64,000 nucleotides of DNA. It comes from an uncultured Verrucomicrobiales bacterium. Its GTDB lineage: Bacteria > Verrucomicrobiota > Verrucomicrobiia > JADLBR01. Numbering within the stretch: the first letter of the stretch is position 1; the number at the start of each line of letters is the position of its first letter. The stretch is taken from contig CAZYWZ010000023.1 in the NCBI GenBank assembly GCA_964651705.1, forward strand, positions 4,412-68,411. Reading direction: 5' to 3'. Below the pieces are notes generated by a model, which saw nothing but the letters and a program-made list of their open reading frames with translations, was not told the origin of the DNA and searched no databases. Position numbers and translations under genes: made by a program. Below, piece after piece: positions 25,705-35,571 of the stretch.

Positions 25705-27231
25705 ATGCGGGCGGGCTCTTCCCTCGGGACCCGCTCCGCCAGACTCCTGCCCCTCCCGTTCCTATTCGCGTTCTCGCTCTCATTCACCGTCGCCGCCGAC
25801 CGGCCCAACATCATCCTCATGATGGGCGACGACCACGGATGGGAGGAGACCGGCTACAACGGCCACCCCCATGTGAGGACGCCCGTGCTCGACGAGATCG
25901 CCGCCACCGGATTCAAATTCAATCACTTCTACGCCGCCCACCCCTCCTGCTCCCCCACCCGCGCCAGCTTTCTCACCGGCCGCCACCCGAATCGCATGGG
26001 CACTTTCGCCCCGGGCTGGTCCTTCCGTCCCGAGGAAATCACGATCGCCCACCTCCTCGCAAGGGCCGGCTACCACTGCGCGCATCTCGGGAAGTGGCAC
26101 GTCGGCGCGGTCAGGAAGGACTCCCCCGTCAATCCCGGCGCCATGGGTTTCCACGAGTGGCTCTCGCACGACAACTTTTTCGAGATGAATCCATCGCTGT
26201 CCCGCGATGGCGCGCCGCCGGAGCCTTTCGAGGGCGAGAGCTCCGACATCCTCGTCGGCGAGGCCATCCGCGTCATCGACCGGGCCCGCGTTGCCGGCAA
26301 GCCCTTCTTCCAGGTGATCTGGTTCGGGTCGCCGCACGAGCCCTACAGCGGCCTGCCCGCTGACCTCGCCCTCTACGACGACCTCCCCGCGAAGTACCCG
26401 AAGCCCGTGAAGCTCACGTCCAACCAGACCGGCGGCCCCGTCACCCGCCCACAGGGCGAGGTCATCCGCGAGCGCTACGCCGAAATCACCGCGATGGACC
26501 GCGCCATCGGCCGCCTCCGCTCGCATCTGGCCAAAGGCGGCCTCCGAGAAAATACGCTCCTGTTCTACTGCGGCGACAACGGCACCTCGCCCGACGCCGC
26601 ACTCGGCTTCCCCCACCGCGGCACCAAGGGTCAGGTCTACGAGGGAGGCACCTTGGTCCCCGGCCTCATCGAATGGCCCGCCCGCATCCCCGGACCCCGA
26701 TCCAGTCCCTTCCGCGCCTCCACCAGCGACCTCCTTCCCACCCTAGCCGCCATCACCGGGACGCCATTGCCCGATCGGCCACTCGACGGCATCGACCTCA
26801 CCGCCGCCCTAGATGGCAAACTCACCACCCGCCCCACCCCACTGCATTTCTGGCAATACCCTAACGGGCGCTTCGCCCGATCAAAAGCCGAACCCTATAT
26901 CGACCCCAGATTGCAGGAGGGCACCACCCCGCTCGTCAAACTCTCGGGAGGGAAAGCGACGCGCGATTTCCTCAACTATCGGCAGCCCGCGCCCACCGAT
27001 GCCGATTACCTCGGCCCGCGCTCGATCATCGAGGGCCGCTTCAAGCTCGTCATACATGAGCGGAAGAACGCCGCACCCGCGCGCGAGCTCTTCGACCTCG
27101 ACGCCGACCCCGGCGAAAATCACGACCTCGCCACAAGCCAACCCGCACTCGCCGAAGATATGCAAACCCGCCTCCGCGCCTGGCAGGATGGCGTCCTGCG
27201 CAGCCTCACCGGCGCGGACTACCCGAAATGA
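25705..27231 (+). CDS. Sulfatase (Cys-type)
   Basis: Signal peptide MRAGSSLGTRSARLLPLPFLFAFSLSFTVAA. NIILMMGDDHG. Motif HPSCSPTRASFLTG. The track ORF begins at 25636 (TTG); the Met at 25705 gives a canonical signal peptide. Confidence 0.85.
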   Translation: MRAGSSLGTRSARLLPLPFLFAFSLSFTVAADRPNIILMMGDDHGWEETGYNGHPHVRTPVLDEIAATGFKFNHFYAAHPSCSPTRASFLTGRHPNRMGTFAPGWSFRPEEITIAHLLARAGYHCAHLGKWHVGAVRKDSPVNPGAMGFHEWLSHDNFFEMNPSLSRDGAPPEPFEGESSDILVGEAIRVIDRARVAGKPFFQVIWFGSPHEPYSGLPADLALYDDLPAKYPKPVKLTSNQTGGPVTRPQGEVIRERYAEITAMDRAIGRLRSHLAKGGLRENTLLFYCGDNGTSPDAALGFPHRGTKGQVYEGGTLVPGLIEWPARIPGPRSSPFRASTSDLLPTLAAITGTPLPDRPLDGIDLTAALDGKLTTRPTPLHFWQYPNGRFARSKAEPYIDPRLQEGTTPLVKLSGGKATRDFLNYRQPAPTDADYLGPRSIIEGRFKLVIHERKNAAPARELFDLDADPGENHDLATSQPALAEDMQTRLRAWQDGVLRSLTGADYPK

Positions 27232-27235
27232 TATC

Positions 27236-28600
27236 ATGAGAACCGCCATGCTGAACCGGATGATCCCGTCCGCGCTCCTTGCGCTTCTCTGCGGACAGGT
27301 CGCGTTGGCTGGCCCGCCGCCCAACATCCTCTTCATCCTCGCCGATGATCTCGGTTATGGGGATCTTGGCTGTTACGCTTGCCCCGACATCCGCACCCCC
27401 CGGCTCGACGCACTGGCCGCGCAGGGGATGCGATTCACCGACGCCTACGCGAACGGCCCCACCTGCTCGCCAACCCGCTACGCCTTCATGAGCGGCCGCT
27501 ACCAGCAGCGCGGCGGCATTGAATACGCGCTCTACTATCAGGAAAAGGGAACGGGTCTTCCGCCGGGCGGTGAGACGCTGGCCACGCGATTGCGCGCGGC
27601 CGGATGGCTCACGGCGCTCATCGGCAAGTGGCACCTCGGTTACGACGCGGAACGAGCCCCGAATGCGCAAGGGTTCGATCACTTCTTCGGCCTGCTCGGT
27701 GGAAACCACCATTACTTTCGGCACATGGACCGCCTGGGTCATCCCGACCTCTTTATTGGCGCGCAACCCGTCGAGCGCGAGGGCTACTCCACCGACCTTT
27801 TCACGCACGATGCCATCCGTTTCCTTCGCGAGCACCGCGAATCGACCGAGACACGCCCCCGGCCCTTCTTCCTCTTCCTCGCCCATCCCGCGCCGCATTT
27901 CCCCTACCAAGGGCCGAACGACGCCGGGCGCGAAGTGGAGCCAAAGTCGCCGAGTTGGCAGTCCGGCACCCGCGCCAATTACATCAGCATGGTCGAGCAC
28001 CTCGATCTCAGCGTGGGCCGCGTCCTCGATGAACTGGACAAGCTCGCTCTCGCGCAGAACACCCTCGTCGTTTTCACCAGCGACAACGGCGGCGATCCGA
28101 TGGGCCGCAACCTGCCGCTCTCTGGGCACAAGGGTTCGCTCTGGGAGGGCGGCATCCGCGTGCCGTGCCTTGCGCGCTGGCCCGGATCGATTTCGCCGGG
28201 AAGCATCCATCGCGCGCCCATCATCACCATGGACTGGACCGCCACTTTCCTGGCGCTAGCTGGAGCAAAGGACACCGGCACGCTCGATGGGGTAAACCTC
28301 CTGCCGCTGCTGCGCGGCGAGACCGTCGCCATCGAACGCGCCTTGTTCTGGCGCCGCGTTCCCGAACCCGTCCGCGGCAAGGTCATCCCGCAACGCGCCC
28401 TGCGCCTGGGCCGGTGGAAATATCTCGAAGAAAAGGACCATCCGCCACGCCTGTTCGATCTCGATTCCGACATCGCGGAGAAGGCCGACATCTCCTCGCA
28501 ACGACCGGACTTATGTGCCCGCTTCCGCCATCAGCTCGACGAATGGGAGTCCTCCATGCCCGCCACCAACCCCGGGTTCATACATTTCACAAAAATGTAG
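27236..28600 (+). CDS. Sulfatase (Cys-type)
   Basis: Signal peptide MRTAMLNRMIPSALLALLCGQVALA. NILFILADDLGYGD. Motif GPTCSPTRYAFMSG. In frame with track ORF 26813..28600, whose upstream part overlaps the previous gene. Confidence 0.85.
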   Translation: MRTAMLNRMIPSALLALLCGQVALAGPPPNILFILADDLGYGDLGCYACPDIRTPRLDALAAQGMRFTDAYANGPTCSPTRYAFMSGRYQQRGGIEYALYYQEKGTGLPPGGETLATRLRAAGWLTALIGKWHLGYDAERAPNAQGFDHFFGLLGGNHHYFRHMDRLGHPDLFIGAQPVEREGYSTDLFTHDAIRFLREHRESTETRPRPFFLFLAHPAPHFPYQGPNDAGREVEPKSPSWQSGTRANYISMVEHLDLSVGRVLDELDKLALAQNTLVVFTSDNGGDPMGRNLPLSGHKGSLWEGGIRVPCLARWPGSISPGSIHRAPIITMDWTATFLALAGAKDTGTLDGVNLLPLLRGETVAIERALFWRRVPEPVRGKVIPQRALRLGRWKYLEEKDHPPRLFDLDSDIAEKADISSQRPDLCARFRHQLDEWESSMPATNPGFIHFTKM

Positions 28601-28620
28601 CCGCACCAGAACACCGCCCC

Positions 28621-30132
28621 ATGAAGAATCCCGCTCGCTCCACCCGCCTCACCATGAATCCACTAGTCATCCTCTGCACCGCCTTCGCCATTTCTGCCGG
28701 CCATCCCTCCTTGGCCCAAACTAAGCCCCATATCATATTCGTCATGGCCGACGACATGGGCTGGGGACAGACCGGTTATCGAAACCACCCCGTCCTCAAG
28801 ACGCCAAACCTCGACAAGATGGCGGCCAGCGGACTGCGCTTCGAGCGCTTCTACGCCGGCGCGCCCGTGTGCTCGCCCACCCGCGCGAGCGTGCTCACCG
28901 GCCGCGCCAATGACCGCGCCGGGGTCTTGAGCCACGGCTATGCGCTCCGCCGCCAGGAAAAGACCATCGCGCAGGCGCTCCGGGGCGCCGGCTACGTCAC
29001 CGGCCACTTTGGCAAATGGCACCTCGATGGACTCAAAGGCCCCGGCGTGCCCATCCTCCCCAACGACGAATACCATCCCGGGCGATTCGGCTTCGACGAG
29101 TGGGTCTCCGTCTCCAATTTCTACGATCTCGACCCGCTCATGAGCCGCGGGGGCAAGATCGAACCGTTCCACGGCGATTCCTCCGAGATCGCCGTCGCCG
29201 AGGCGGTGAACTTTTTAAAGCGACATCTCTCCTCGGGAAAGCCGATGTTCGCGGTCGTCTGGTACGGCACCCCCCACAGTCCTTTCAAGGCCCTGCCCTC
29301 GGACAAGGCGGCCTTCGCCCACCTTGACGAGGACTCCGCCAATCACTACGGCGAGCTCGTCGCGATGGACCGCAGCATCGGCACCCTGCGGGCCGCGCTC
29401 CGCGACCTCGCCATCGCGGATAACACCCTGCTGGTATTCTGCAGTGATAATGGGGGTCTGCCAAAGATCACCCCCGAGACCGTCGGCGGCCTCCGCGGCA
29501 ACAAAGGTTCCGCATTCGAGGGCGGCCTCCGCGTCCCGGGCATCATCGAGTGGCCCGCGGCCATCAAACCGCGCGTCACCCATTATCCCGCCTGCACCAT
29601 GGACCTCTTCCCCACAGTCGCCGATATCCTCGGCCTGCCCGCCGATACCATGATCCAGCCCGTCGACGGCATCAGCCTGAAGCCACTCTTCGCCAGCGAA
29701 TTGGCGCCCCGGGAAAAGCCCATCCCGTTCCGCTTCGGTTCCAAAGCCGCGCTCGTCGACAACCGCCACAAGCTGGTGACCGAAAACCTCAAAGGCGGCA
29801 GCTTCCAGCTTTATGACCTCGCGGACGACCCCGCCGAGACACGCGACCTCGCCGCCGCGCAGCCAGGGCGTTTTGAGGAAATGAAGAAGGCGCTCCTCGC
29901 CTGGAACGAGAGCGTGGAGGCCAGCTTCTCGGGCAAAGATTACCCGGAGGGCACGCTGAACACCGCCGACCCAGAACCCCAATTCTGGTACGAGTCACCC
30001 GCCTATGCCCCCTACCTGCCGCAGTGGAAAGAGAGATGGGAGTTCAAGGGCTACATCGAGGCGCGGGGCAAGGCGCCCAAGGGCGAAAAGAAAAAGACAG
30101 CCCCAAAAGGCAAGCCCGGCGCCGGCCAGTGA
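28621..30132 (+). CDS. Sulfatase (Cys-type) with a Lys-rich C-terminal tail
   Basis: Signal peptide MKNPARSTRLTMNPLVILCTAFAISA. HIIFVMADDMGWG. Motif APVCSPTRASVLTG. Tail GKAPKGEKKKTAPKGKPGAGQ. Confidence 0.85.
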   Translation: MKNPARSTRLTMNPLVILCTAFAISAGHPSLAQTKPHIIFVMADDMGWGQTGYRNHPVLKTPNLDKMAASGLRFERFYAGAPVCSPTRASVLTGRANDRAGVLSHGYALRRQEKTIAQALRGAGYVTGHFGKWHLDGLKGPGVPILPNDEYHPGRFGFDEWVSVSNFYDLDPLMSRGGKIEPFHGDSSEIAVAEAVNFLKRHLSSGKPMFAVVWYGTPHSPFKALPSDKAAFAHLDEDSANHYGELVAMDRSIGTLRAALRDLAIADNTLLVFCSDNGGLPKITPETVGGLRGNKGSAFEGGLRVPGIIEWPAAIKPRVTHYPACTMDLFPTVADILGLPADTMIQPVDGISLKPLFASELAPREKPIPFRFGSKAALVDNRHKLVTENLKGGSFQLYDLADDPAETRDLAAAQPGRFEEMKKALLAWNESVEASFSGKDYPEGTLNTADPEPQFWYESPAYAPYLPQWKERWEFKGYIEARGKAPKGEKKKTAPKGKPGAGQ

Positions 30133-30217
30133 CGCGCGGCTCCGTCCTCGACCGCGCCGCCCGACACGCCCGCGCGTCGGATCGCCGGGGAGGCGACCGG
30201 GAACGTCACGACAGACC

Positions 30218-32050
30218 TCACCCGGACGTGCCGTTCAGAAGACGCAGCGTTATCCGACGCAGGTCCATGACGCTCTTGCCGGGGATCGATGTGGCGCGCA
30301 GGACCAGGGGGCCCCGGCCTTTGGGCAGGGTGATTTCACCGAGCCGCAGGGTCTTGAAGGGTTTCATTTGGCTCTCGGCGGGCGGCCTCGGGAGCGTGTC
30401 CTGGTTCGTGTTCAGGGGCGGATCCCACGCCGGCCGCACCGGGCCGCTAAGCCGCGCAGAGTCGCCCAGACTCAATTCGATCACCGCGCCGACATCGGCC
30501 TCGGGAACGGTGTAATCCACGGTGACCTCGTAACGCCCCGCCGTGACGACCTCCACATTCCAGACGAGGCGATCCTCAAGCGATGTCCAATTCACGAAGT
30601 AGGAGCAATTCGGGGCGCTGCTGCTGCGCGCCACGGTGCCCCGCGGTTCGCCATCCCGGGCCGGGAGATCCGTGATGGGAAATTCCGGATAGCCCACCGG
30701 GAGCGGACGCGGGTCGACCGCGTTGCGCGCCGCCTTTTTCTCGGGCCTGTGGCCACTCGCCTCGGGACCGTACATCTCCAACCGCCAGCCCTTCAAAGCC
30801 GAGGCTAACCGGCCGGCGAGGTCCGGCGCCCCATCGTTAATGGGCGCGGTCTGGCCGGGATCGCCGATCATGTCATAGAGATTGCCGTCTTGATCGAGGC
30901 GGTGCGTCTGGGTGCGCAGGCTGGTGCGCCCGTTCCACGCGGAGACAATAAACCGGTCCGGCCATTCCGGGGCGTCACCCGCCAGCAACGGGGAAAGGTC
31001 GAGCCCGTCCAGCGGCGCATCGCCGACCCGCTTGATCCCGGCCAGGGAAACTAAGGTGGGCAGCAGGTCGATGGCCCCCGCAATCTGCGACACGACCCGC
31101 CCTTGAGGGAGTTTCGCCCGCCAGCGCAGGTAGCCCACCGATCGGACACCCCCTTCGTCTGTCTGCCCTTTCCTCCCCTTCATCCCTCCATTCCACCGCC
31201 AGCTGTTGGGGCCGTTGTCGGAAAAATAAAAAATGATCGTATCGTCGCCCAGCCCGAGCGCATCGAGCTCGTCGAGCACGCGCCCCACGTTCCAATCCTG
31301 GTTCGCGAGCATTGCGAGCGCGCACCGGGTCTCGTCCGCCTTCTCCAATTCCGGCCGGGTCGCGCCCTGGGCGACGTCCTTGGCCCTGAAACGTTCCCAG
31401 TACTCCGCCGGCACGGCCCAGGGAGAATGCGGCGTCGTGAATGGAATGTAGCAGAAGAAGGGCTTCTCCCGATGGCGCTCGATGAAATCCAGCGCGCGGC
31501 TGGTGCATGCGTCGACGATGTAGCCCTGGCTGCGCACCATCTTGCCATTGTCGTCCAGCGGCGCGTCAAAGTACTCGCCCCAGTGCCCGGCGGTGTGGCC
31601 GAGGTACTCCTCAAACCCACGGCCCCTCGGATGATAGGGATATTGCGTCCCGTTGTGCCACTTCCCGAACGCCCCCGTGGCATAGCCCGCGCCACGGAAC
31701 GCGTCCGCGATCGTCTTCTCGTCCAGATCCAGCCGCTCCTGGCCCGTGGACACCCCGGTCACGCCCCCCCTCAAATGATAGCGCCCCGTCAAAAATTCCG
31801 CCCGCGTCGGGGCGCAGACCGGACAGACGTAGAAGCGGTCGAAAGACGCACCCTCCTTCGCGATCGAGTCGATCCGCGGGGTCTCGGCCGTCAGGTTGCC
31901 AGAATGGCCGTAGTCGCCCCACCCCGCATCGTCCGCGAGAAATATGACGACATTGGGCTGCCCTGCCCAGACGCTTCCCTCGCCCAGGGCGAACGCACCG
32001 ATGCCCATCACCGCCATTCGCGTCGCCACTCCTCGCCATCTCTTCCACAT
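30218..32050 (-). CDS. Sulfatase (Cys-type) with an extra C-terminal beta-sandwich-like (putative carbohydrate-binding) domain
   Basis: Signal peptide. NVVIFLADDAGWGD. Motif CPVCAPTRAEFLTG. About 150-aa C-terminal extension (YFVNWTSLEDRLVWNVEVVTAGRYEVTVDYT...). The only minus-strand gene inside the plus-strand sulfatase array. Confidence 0.85.
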   Translation of the reverse strand: MWKRWRGVATRMAVMGIGAFALGEGSVWAGQPNVVIFLADDAGWGDYGHSGNLTAETPRIDSIAKEGASFDRFYVCPVCAPTRAEFLTGRYHLRGGVTGVSTGQERLDLDEKTIADAFRGAGYATGAFGKWHNGTQYPYHPRGRGFEEYLGHTAGHWGEYFDAPLDDNGKMVRSQGYIVDACTSRALDFIERHREKPFFCYIPFTTPHSPWAVPAEYWERFRAKDVAQGATRPELEKADETRCALAMLANQDWNVGRVLDELDALGLGDDTIIFYFSDNGPNSWRWNGGMKGRKGQTDEGGVRSVGYLRWRAKLPQGRVVSQIAGAIDLLPTLVSLAGIKRVGDAPLDGLDLSPLLAGDAPEWPDRFIVSAWNGRTSLRTQTHRLDQDGNLYDMIGDPGQTAPINDGAPDLAGRLASALKGWRLEMYGPEASGHRPEKKAARNAVDPRPLPVGYPEFPITDLPARDGEPRGTVARSSSAPNCSYFVNWTSLEDRLVWNVEVVTAGRYEVTVDYTVPEADVGAVIELSLGDSARLSGPVRPAWDPPLNTNQDTLPRPPAESQMKPFKTLRLGEITLPKGRGPLVLRATSIPGKSVMDLRRITLRLLNGTSG

Positions 32051-32257
32051 CGTCTGCCTGCCTTTCCAGTTGGGCCGAGTATGGCAAACAGAGGATCAGA
32101 CACCAGCCCGACATGAAGTCTGTTCGCAGCGGTGCCTTCGGACTAGGACCAGCTGTTACGCGAGGATTTGGTCGGGCCATTTTCCCTTGGCAGATCCTCC
32201 CCTGACCCCCAGCCTAAAGGACAGAATCGGCCTTCGGTTCACCAGCAGGAGACCCGC

Positions 32258-33790
32258 ATGACTAAAACCCTCGCCCTTCTCTTTTTGACTGCCATGTCCT
32301 GCGCGCCCGTTTTCGCGCAAGGCGCTAGCGCTGCCCGACCCAACGTCCTGTTCGTCATCTCCGACGACCTCAACAACTACCTCGGCTGCTATGGCGATCC
32401 CAGGGCGAAGACACCCCACATCGACCGGCTCGCCTCGCGCGGCGTCCGCTTCGAGCGCGCCTATTGCACCTTCCCCCTCTGCGGGCCCAGCCGCAACTCG
32501 ATGCTCACCGGCCTCTACCCGAATACCTCCGGCATCTTGGCCAACGCACAGATATTTCGCCAGACGATCCCCTCCCACATCAGCCTCCCACAGGCCTTCC
32601 GGCAGGCCGGATATTTCGCCGCACGGATCGGTAAACTCTACCACTACAATGTCCCAAAATCGATTGGCACCGATGGCCACGACGACCCCGCCTCCTGGGA
32701 ACTCGAGTTGAATCCGGCCGGCGTCGACCGCCTCGAGGAAGAGCCCGACATCTTCACCCTGACCCCAGGCCAGTTCGGCGGCACCCTGAGCTGGTACGCA
32801 TCGCCAAAGGGCGACGCCCACCACACCGATGGCAAGATCGCCGCCGACGCCGAGTGGGTGCTCGAGCGCTGCGCGAAACAGCAGGATCGGCCTTTCTTTC
32901 TCGCCGTGGGTTTCTTCCGCCCCCACACCCCCTATGTCGCACCGAAGGACCCCTACTTCGGCCTCTACCCCGAGGCCGCGATGCCCGTCGTGCGAAACGT
33001 CGTCGAGGACCAGGCCGACCTGCCCGCCGCCGCGCTCGGCAGCTATAAGAAAGAGCAGGACAAGCTCACCGACGACCTCCGGCGCCAGTGCGTCCAGGCG
33101 TACTATGCCAGCATCAGCTTCATGGACGCCCAGGTCGGTCGCGTCATCGCGGCCCTGGACCGGCTCGGCCTGGCGGAGAAGACGATCATCGTCTTCACCA
33201 GTGACCACGGTTACCACATGGGCGAGCATGGCCTCTGGCAGAAAATGAGCCTGTTCGAGGGCAGCGCCCGCGTCCCCCTGCTCATCGTCGCACCGGGCGT
33301 CGCCAAACCCAACGGGGTCGCCAGATCCCCCGTTAGCCACCTCGACCTATACCCCACCCTCTGCGATTTGGCCGACGTCAAGGCCCCCCCAAGCCTCCAG
33401 GGCCAGAGCCTCGTCCCCCTGCTCAAAGACACCGCCGTACCCGGCCGCGGCTGGGCCATCACCCAGGTCACACGCGGCGGCATCCGCAAGCCCGGCGCCA
33501 GCGCCCCGCAGGGCGCCGCGGGAAACCGATTCTTCGGCTATACCCTCCGCACACCGCGCTGGCGCTATACCGAATGGGACGAGGGCACACAGGGCCGCGA
33601 GCTCTACGACCACGACGCGGACCCCCAGGAACTCACCAACCTCGCCGATAAGCCCGAGCACGCGCACACCATCGCCGAGCTCTCCGAAAAACTCCGCTCC
33701 GCCGCCAAGACCACCTTCCCCGCCGATGGCAAAACCCCGGAAATCCTCAAGGAGGGTGGCCTCTGGGCCCCCAACCTGACAGAACCATGA
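32258..33790 (+). CDS. Sulfatase (Cys-type; iduronate-2-sulfatase-like)
   Basis: Signal peptide MTKTLALLFLTAMSCAPVFAQ. NVLFVISDDLN. Motif FPLCGPSRNSMLTG. Confidence 0.85.
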   Translation: MTKTLALLFLTAMSCAPVFAQGASAARPNVLFVISDDLNNYLGCYGDPRAKTPHIDRLASRGVRFERAYCTFPLCGPSRNSMLTGLYPNTSGILANAQIFRQTIPSHISLPQAFRQAGYFAARIGKLYHYNVPKSIGTDGHDDPASWELELNPAGVDRLEEEPDIFTLTPGQFGGTLSWYASPKGDAHHTDGKIAADAEWVLERCAKQQDRPFFLAVGFFRPHTPYVAPKDPYFGLYPEAAMPVVRNVVEDQADLPAAALGSYKKEQDKLTDDLRRQCVQAYYASISFMDAQVGRVIAALDRLGLAEKTIIVFTSDHGYHMGEHGLWQKMSLFEGSARVPLLIVAPGVAKPNGVARSPVSHLDLYPTLCDLADVKAPPSLQGQSLVPLLKDTAVPGRGWAITQVTRGGIRKPGASAPQGAAGNRFFGYTLRTPRWRYTEWDEGTQGRELYDHDADPQELTNLADKPEHAHTIAELSEKLRSAAKTTFPADGKTPEILKEGGLWAPNLTEP

Positions 33791-35532
33791 AACAACCCCT
33801 CATCCTCACCATAGCCTTCGCCGTCATCGCCGCAGCCGGCCCCTGCCATCGCCTGTCGGCCGAATCACCCCCACCGAATCTCATCGTCATCCTGTGCGAT
33901 GACGTCGGCTTCTCCGACATCGGATGCTACGGGGGCGAGATCCAGACGCCAAACCTCGACGGCCTGGCCGCCGCCGGCCTCCGATTCACACAATTCTACA
34001 ACACCGCGCGCTGCTGTCCCACCCGGGCCTCCCTGCTCACCGGCCTCTATGCCCATCAGGCCGGCATCGGCCACATGGTCGATGACTGGAGCACCAAGGT
34101 CGGCGAATCCTACGCCGGCGATCTCAGCCGCCGCGCGCTCACCATCGCCGAGGCCCTCCGGCCCGCGGGCTACGCCACCTACATGGCGGGCAAGTGGCAC
34201 GTGACCAAGAAGACCAATCCCGAGAACGAGGCCGACAAACACAACTGGCCTCTGCAGCGCGGCTTCGACCGCTTCTACGGCACGATTCACGGCGCCGGCA
34301 GCTTCTTTGATCCCAACACCCTCGTGCGCGATAACGCATTCATCTCCCCCTACGCCGACCCGGAATACCGGCCCGAGATATTCTATTATACCGATGCCAT
34401 CAATGATCAGGCGACCCGCTTCGTCTCCGAGCACCACGCGCGCCAACCGGACAAGCCCTTCTTCCTCTACATCGCACACACCGCCGCCCACTGGCCCATG
34501 CACGCCAAGGAGGCCGACATCGCAAAATACAAGGGCCGTTACGACGCCGGGTATGACAGCATCCGGAAAGGGCGCATCGAAAAGATGACCCGCTTGGGCC
34601 TTCTCGACTCCCGTTGGGATATCTCGCCGCAGGCGGGCGACTGGGGTGCCGTCGAGAACAAGGCCTGGGAGATCCGATGCATGGAAGTCTATGCGGCCAT
34701 GCTGGATTGCATGGACCAGGGCGTTGGCCGCCTCATCGATGCCCTCAAGAGAAATGGTCAATTCGATAACACGCTCATCCTCTATCTCCAGGACAACGGC
34801 GGCTGTGCCGAGGGCATGGGACGCAACGGCCCCTTCAAGCCGCGCGCCGATTCCCCCACTCTCCCACCCCTCGCGAAAGACTACTTCCAGCCCGACATGA
34901 TCCCCAAGCAGACGCGCGACGGCTACCCGATGCGCCAGGGTGCCGGCGTCATGCCGGGCCCGGCGGACACCTACATCGGCTACGGCAAGGCCTGGGCGAA
35001 CGTGAGCAATACGCCATTTCGCGAGTACAAGCATTGGGTCCACGAGGGCGGGATCGCCACCCCGCTCATCGCCCATTGGCCCAAGGGCATCGCCGGGGAC
35101 CGTCGTGGCCAACTCGATCCGCAGCCTTCCCACCTGATCGATATCATGGCCACGTGCGTCGACCTCGCGGGTGCCAAATATCCCGCCGATTTCCAGGGCC
35201 GCGCCATCCGGCCCATGGAGGGAGTCAGCCTCGCGCCAGCCTTTTCCGGAAAGCCCCTCGGCCGCCAGCAGCCCATCTTCTGGGAGCATGAGGGCAACCG
35301 CGCCATACGCTCTGGCGACTGGAAGCTTGTCTCGAAGCACCCCGGCGACTGGGAACTGTATGACATGACGGCCGACCGCACCGAGATGCGCGACCTCGCC
35401 GCCAGCCAACCCGAGAGGGTCAGGGAACTCGTCGGCCTGTGGGATGCCTGGGCCAAACGCGTCGGTGTCATGCCCTGGCCCCTGGACGGCGGAAAACCCA
35501 AGCAGGCCAAAGGCAAGAAAAAGGCCAAGTGA
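33787..35532 (+). CDS. Sulfatase (Cys-type) with a Lys-rich C-terminal tail
   Basis: Signal peptide. NLIVILCDDVG. Motif TARCCPTRASLLTG. Tail GGKPKQAKGKKKAK. Start overlaps the previous stop (ATGA). Confidence 0.88.
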   Translation: MKQPLILTIAFAVIAAAGPCHRLSAESPPPNLIVILCDDVGFSDIGCYGGEIQTPNLDGLAAAGLRFTQFYNTARCCPTRASLLTGLYAHQAGIGHMVDDWSTKVGESYAGDLSRRALTIAEALRPAGYATYMAGKWHVTKKTNPENEADKHNWPLQRGFDRFYGTIHGAGSFFDPNTLVRDNAFISPYADPEYRPEIFYYTDAINDQATRFVSEHHARQPDKPFFLYIAHTAAHWPMHAKEADIAKYKGRYDAGYDSIRKGRIEKMTRLGLLDSRWDISPQAGDWGAVENKAWEIRCMEVYAAMLDCMDQGVGRLIDALKRNGQFDNTLILYLQDNGGCAEGMGRNGPFKPRADSPTLPPLAKDYFQPDMIPKQTRDGYPMRQGAGVMPGPADTYIGYGKAWANVSNTPFREYKHWVHEGGIATPLIAHWPKGIAGDRRGQLDPQPSHLIDIMATCVDLAGAKYPADFQGRAIRPMEGVSLAPAFSGKPLGRQQPIFWEHEGNRAIRSGDWKLVSKHPGDWELYDMTADRTEMRDLAASQPERVRELVGLWDAWAKRVGVMPWPLDGGKPKQAKGKKKAK

Positions 35533-35571
35533 CGCTCCGCCGCGCCCATCGAGCGCCCCTGCATCCATGAC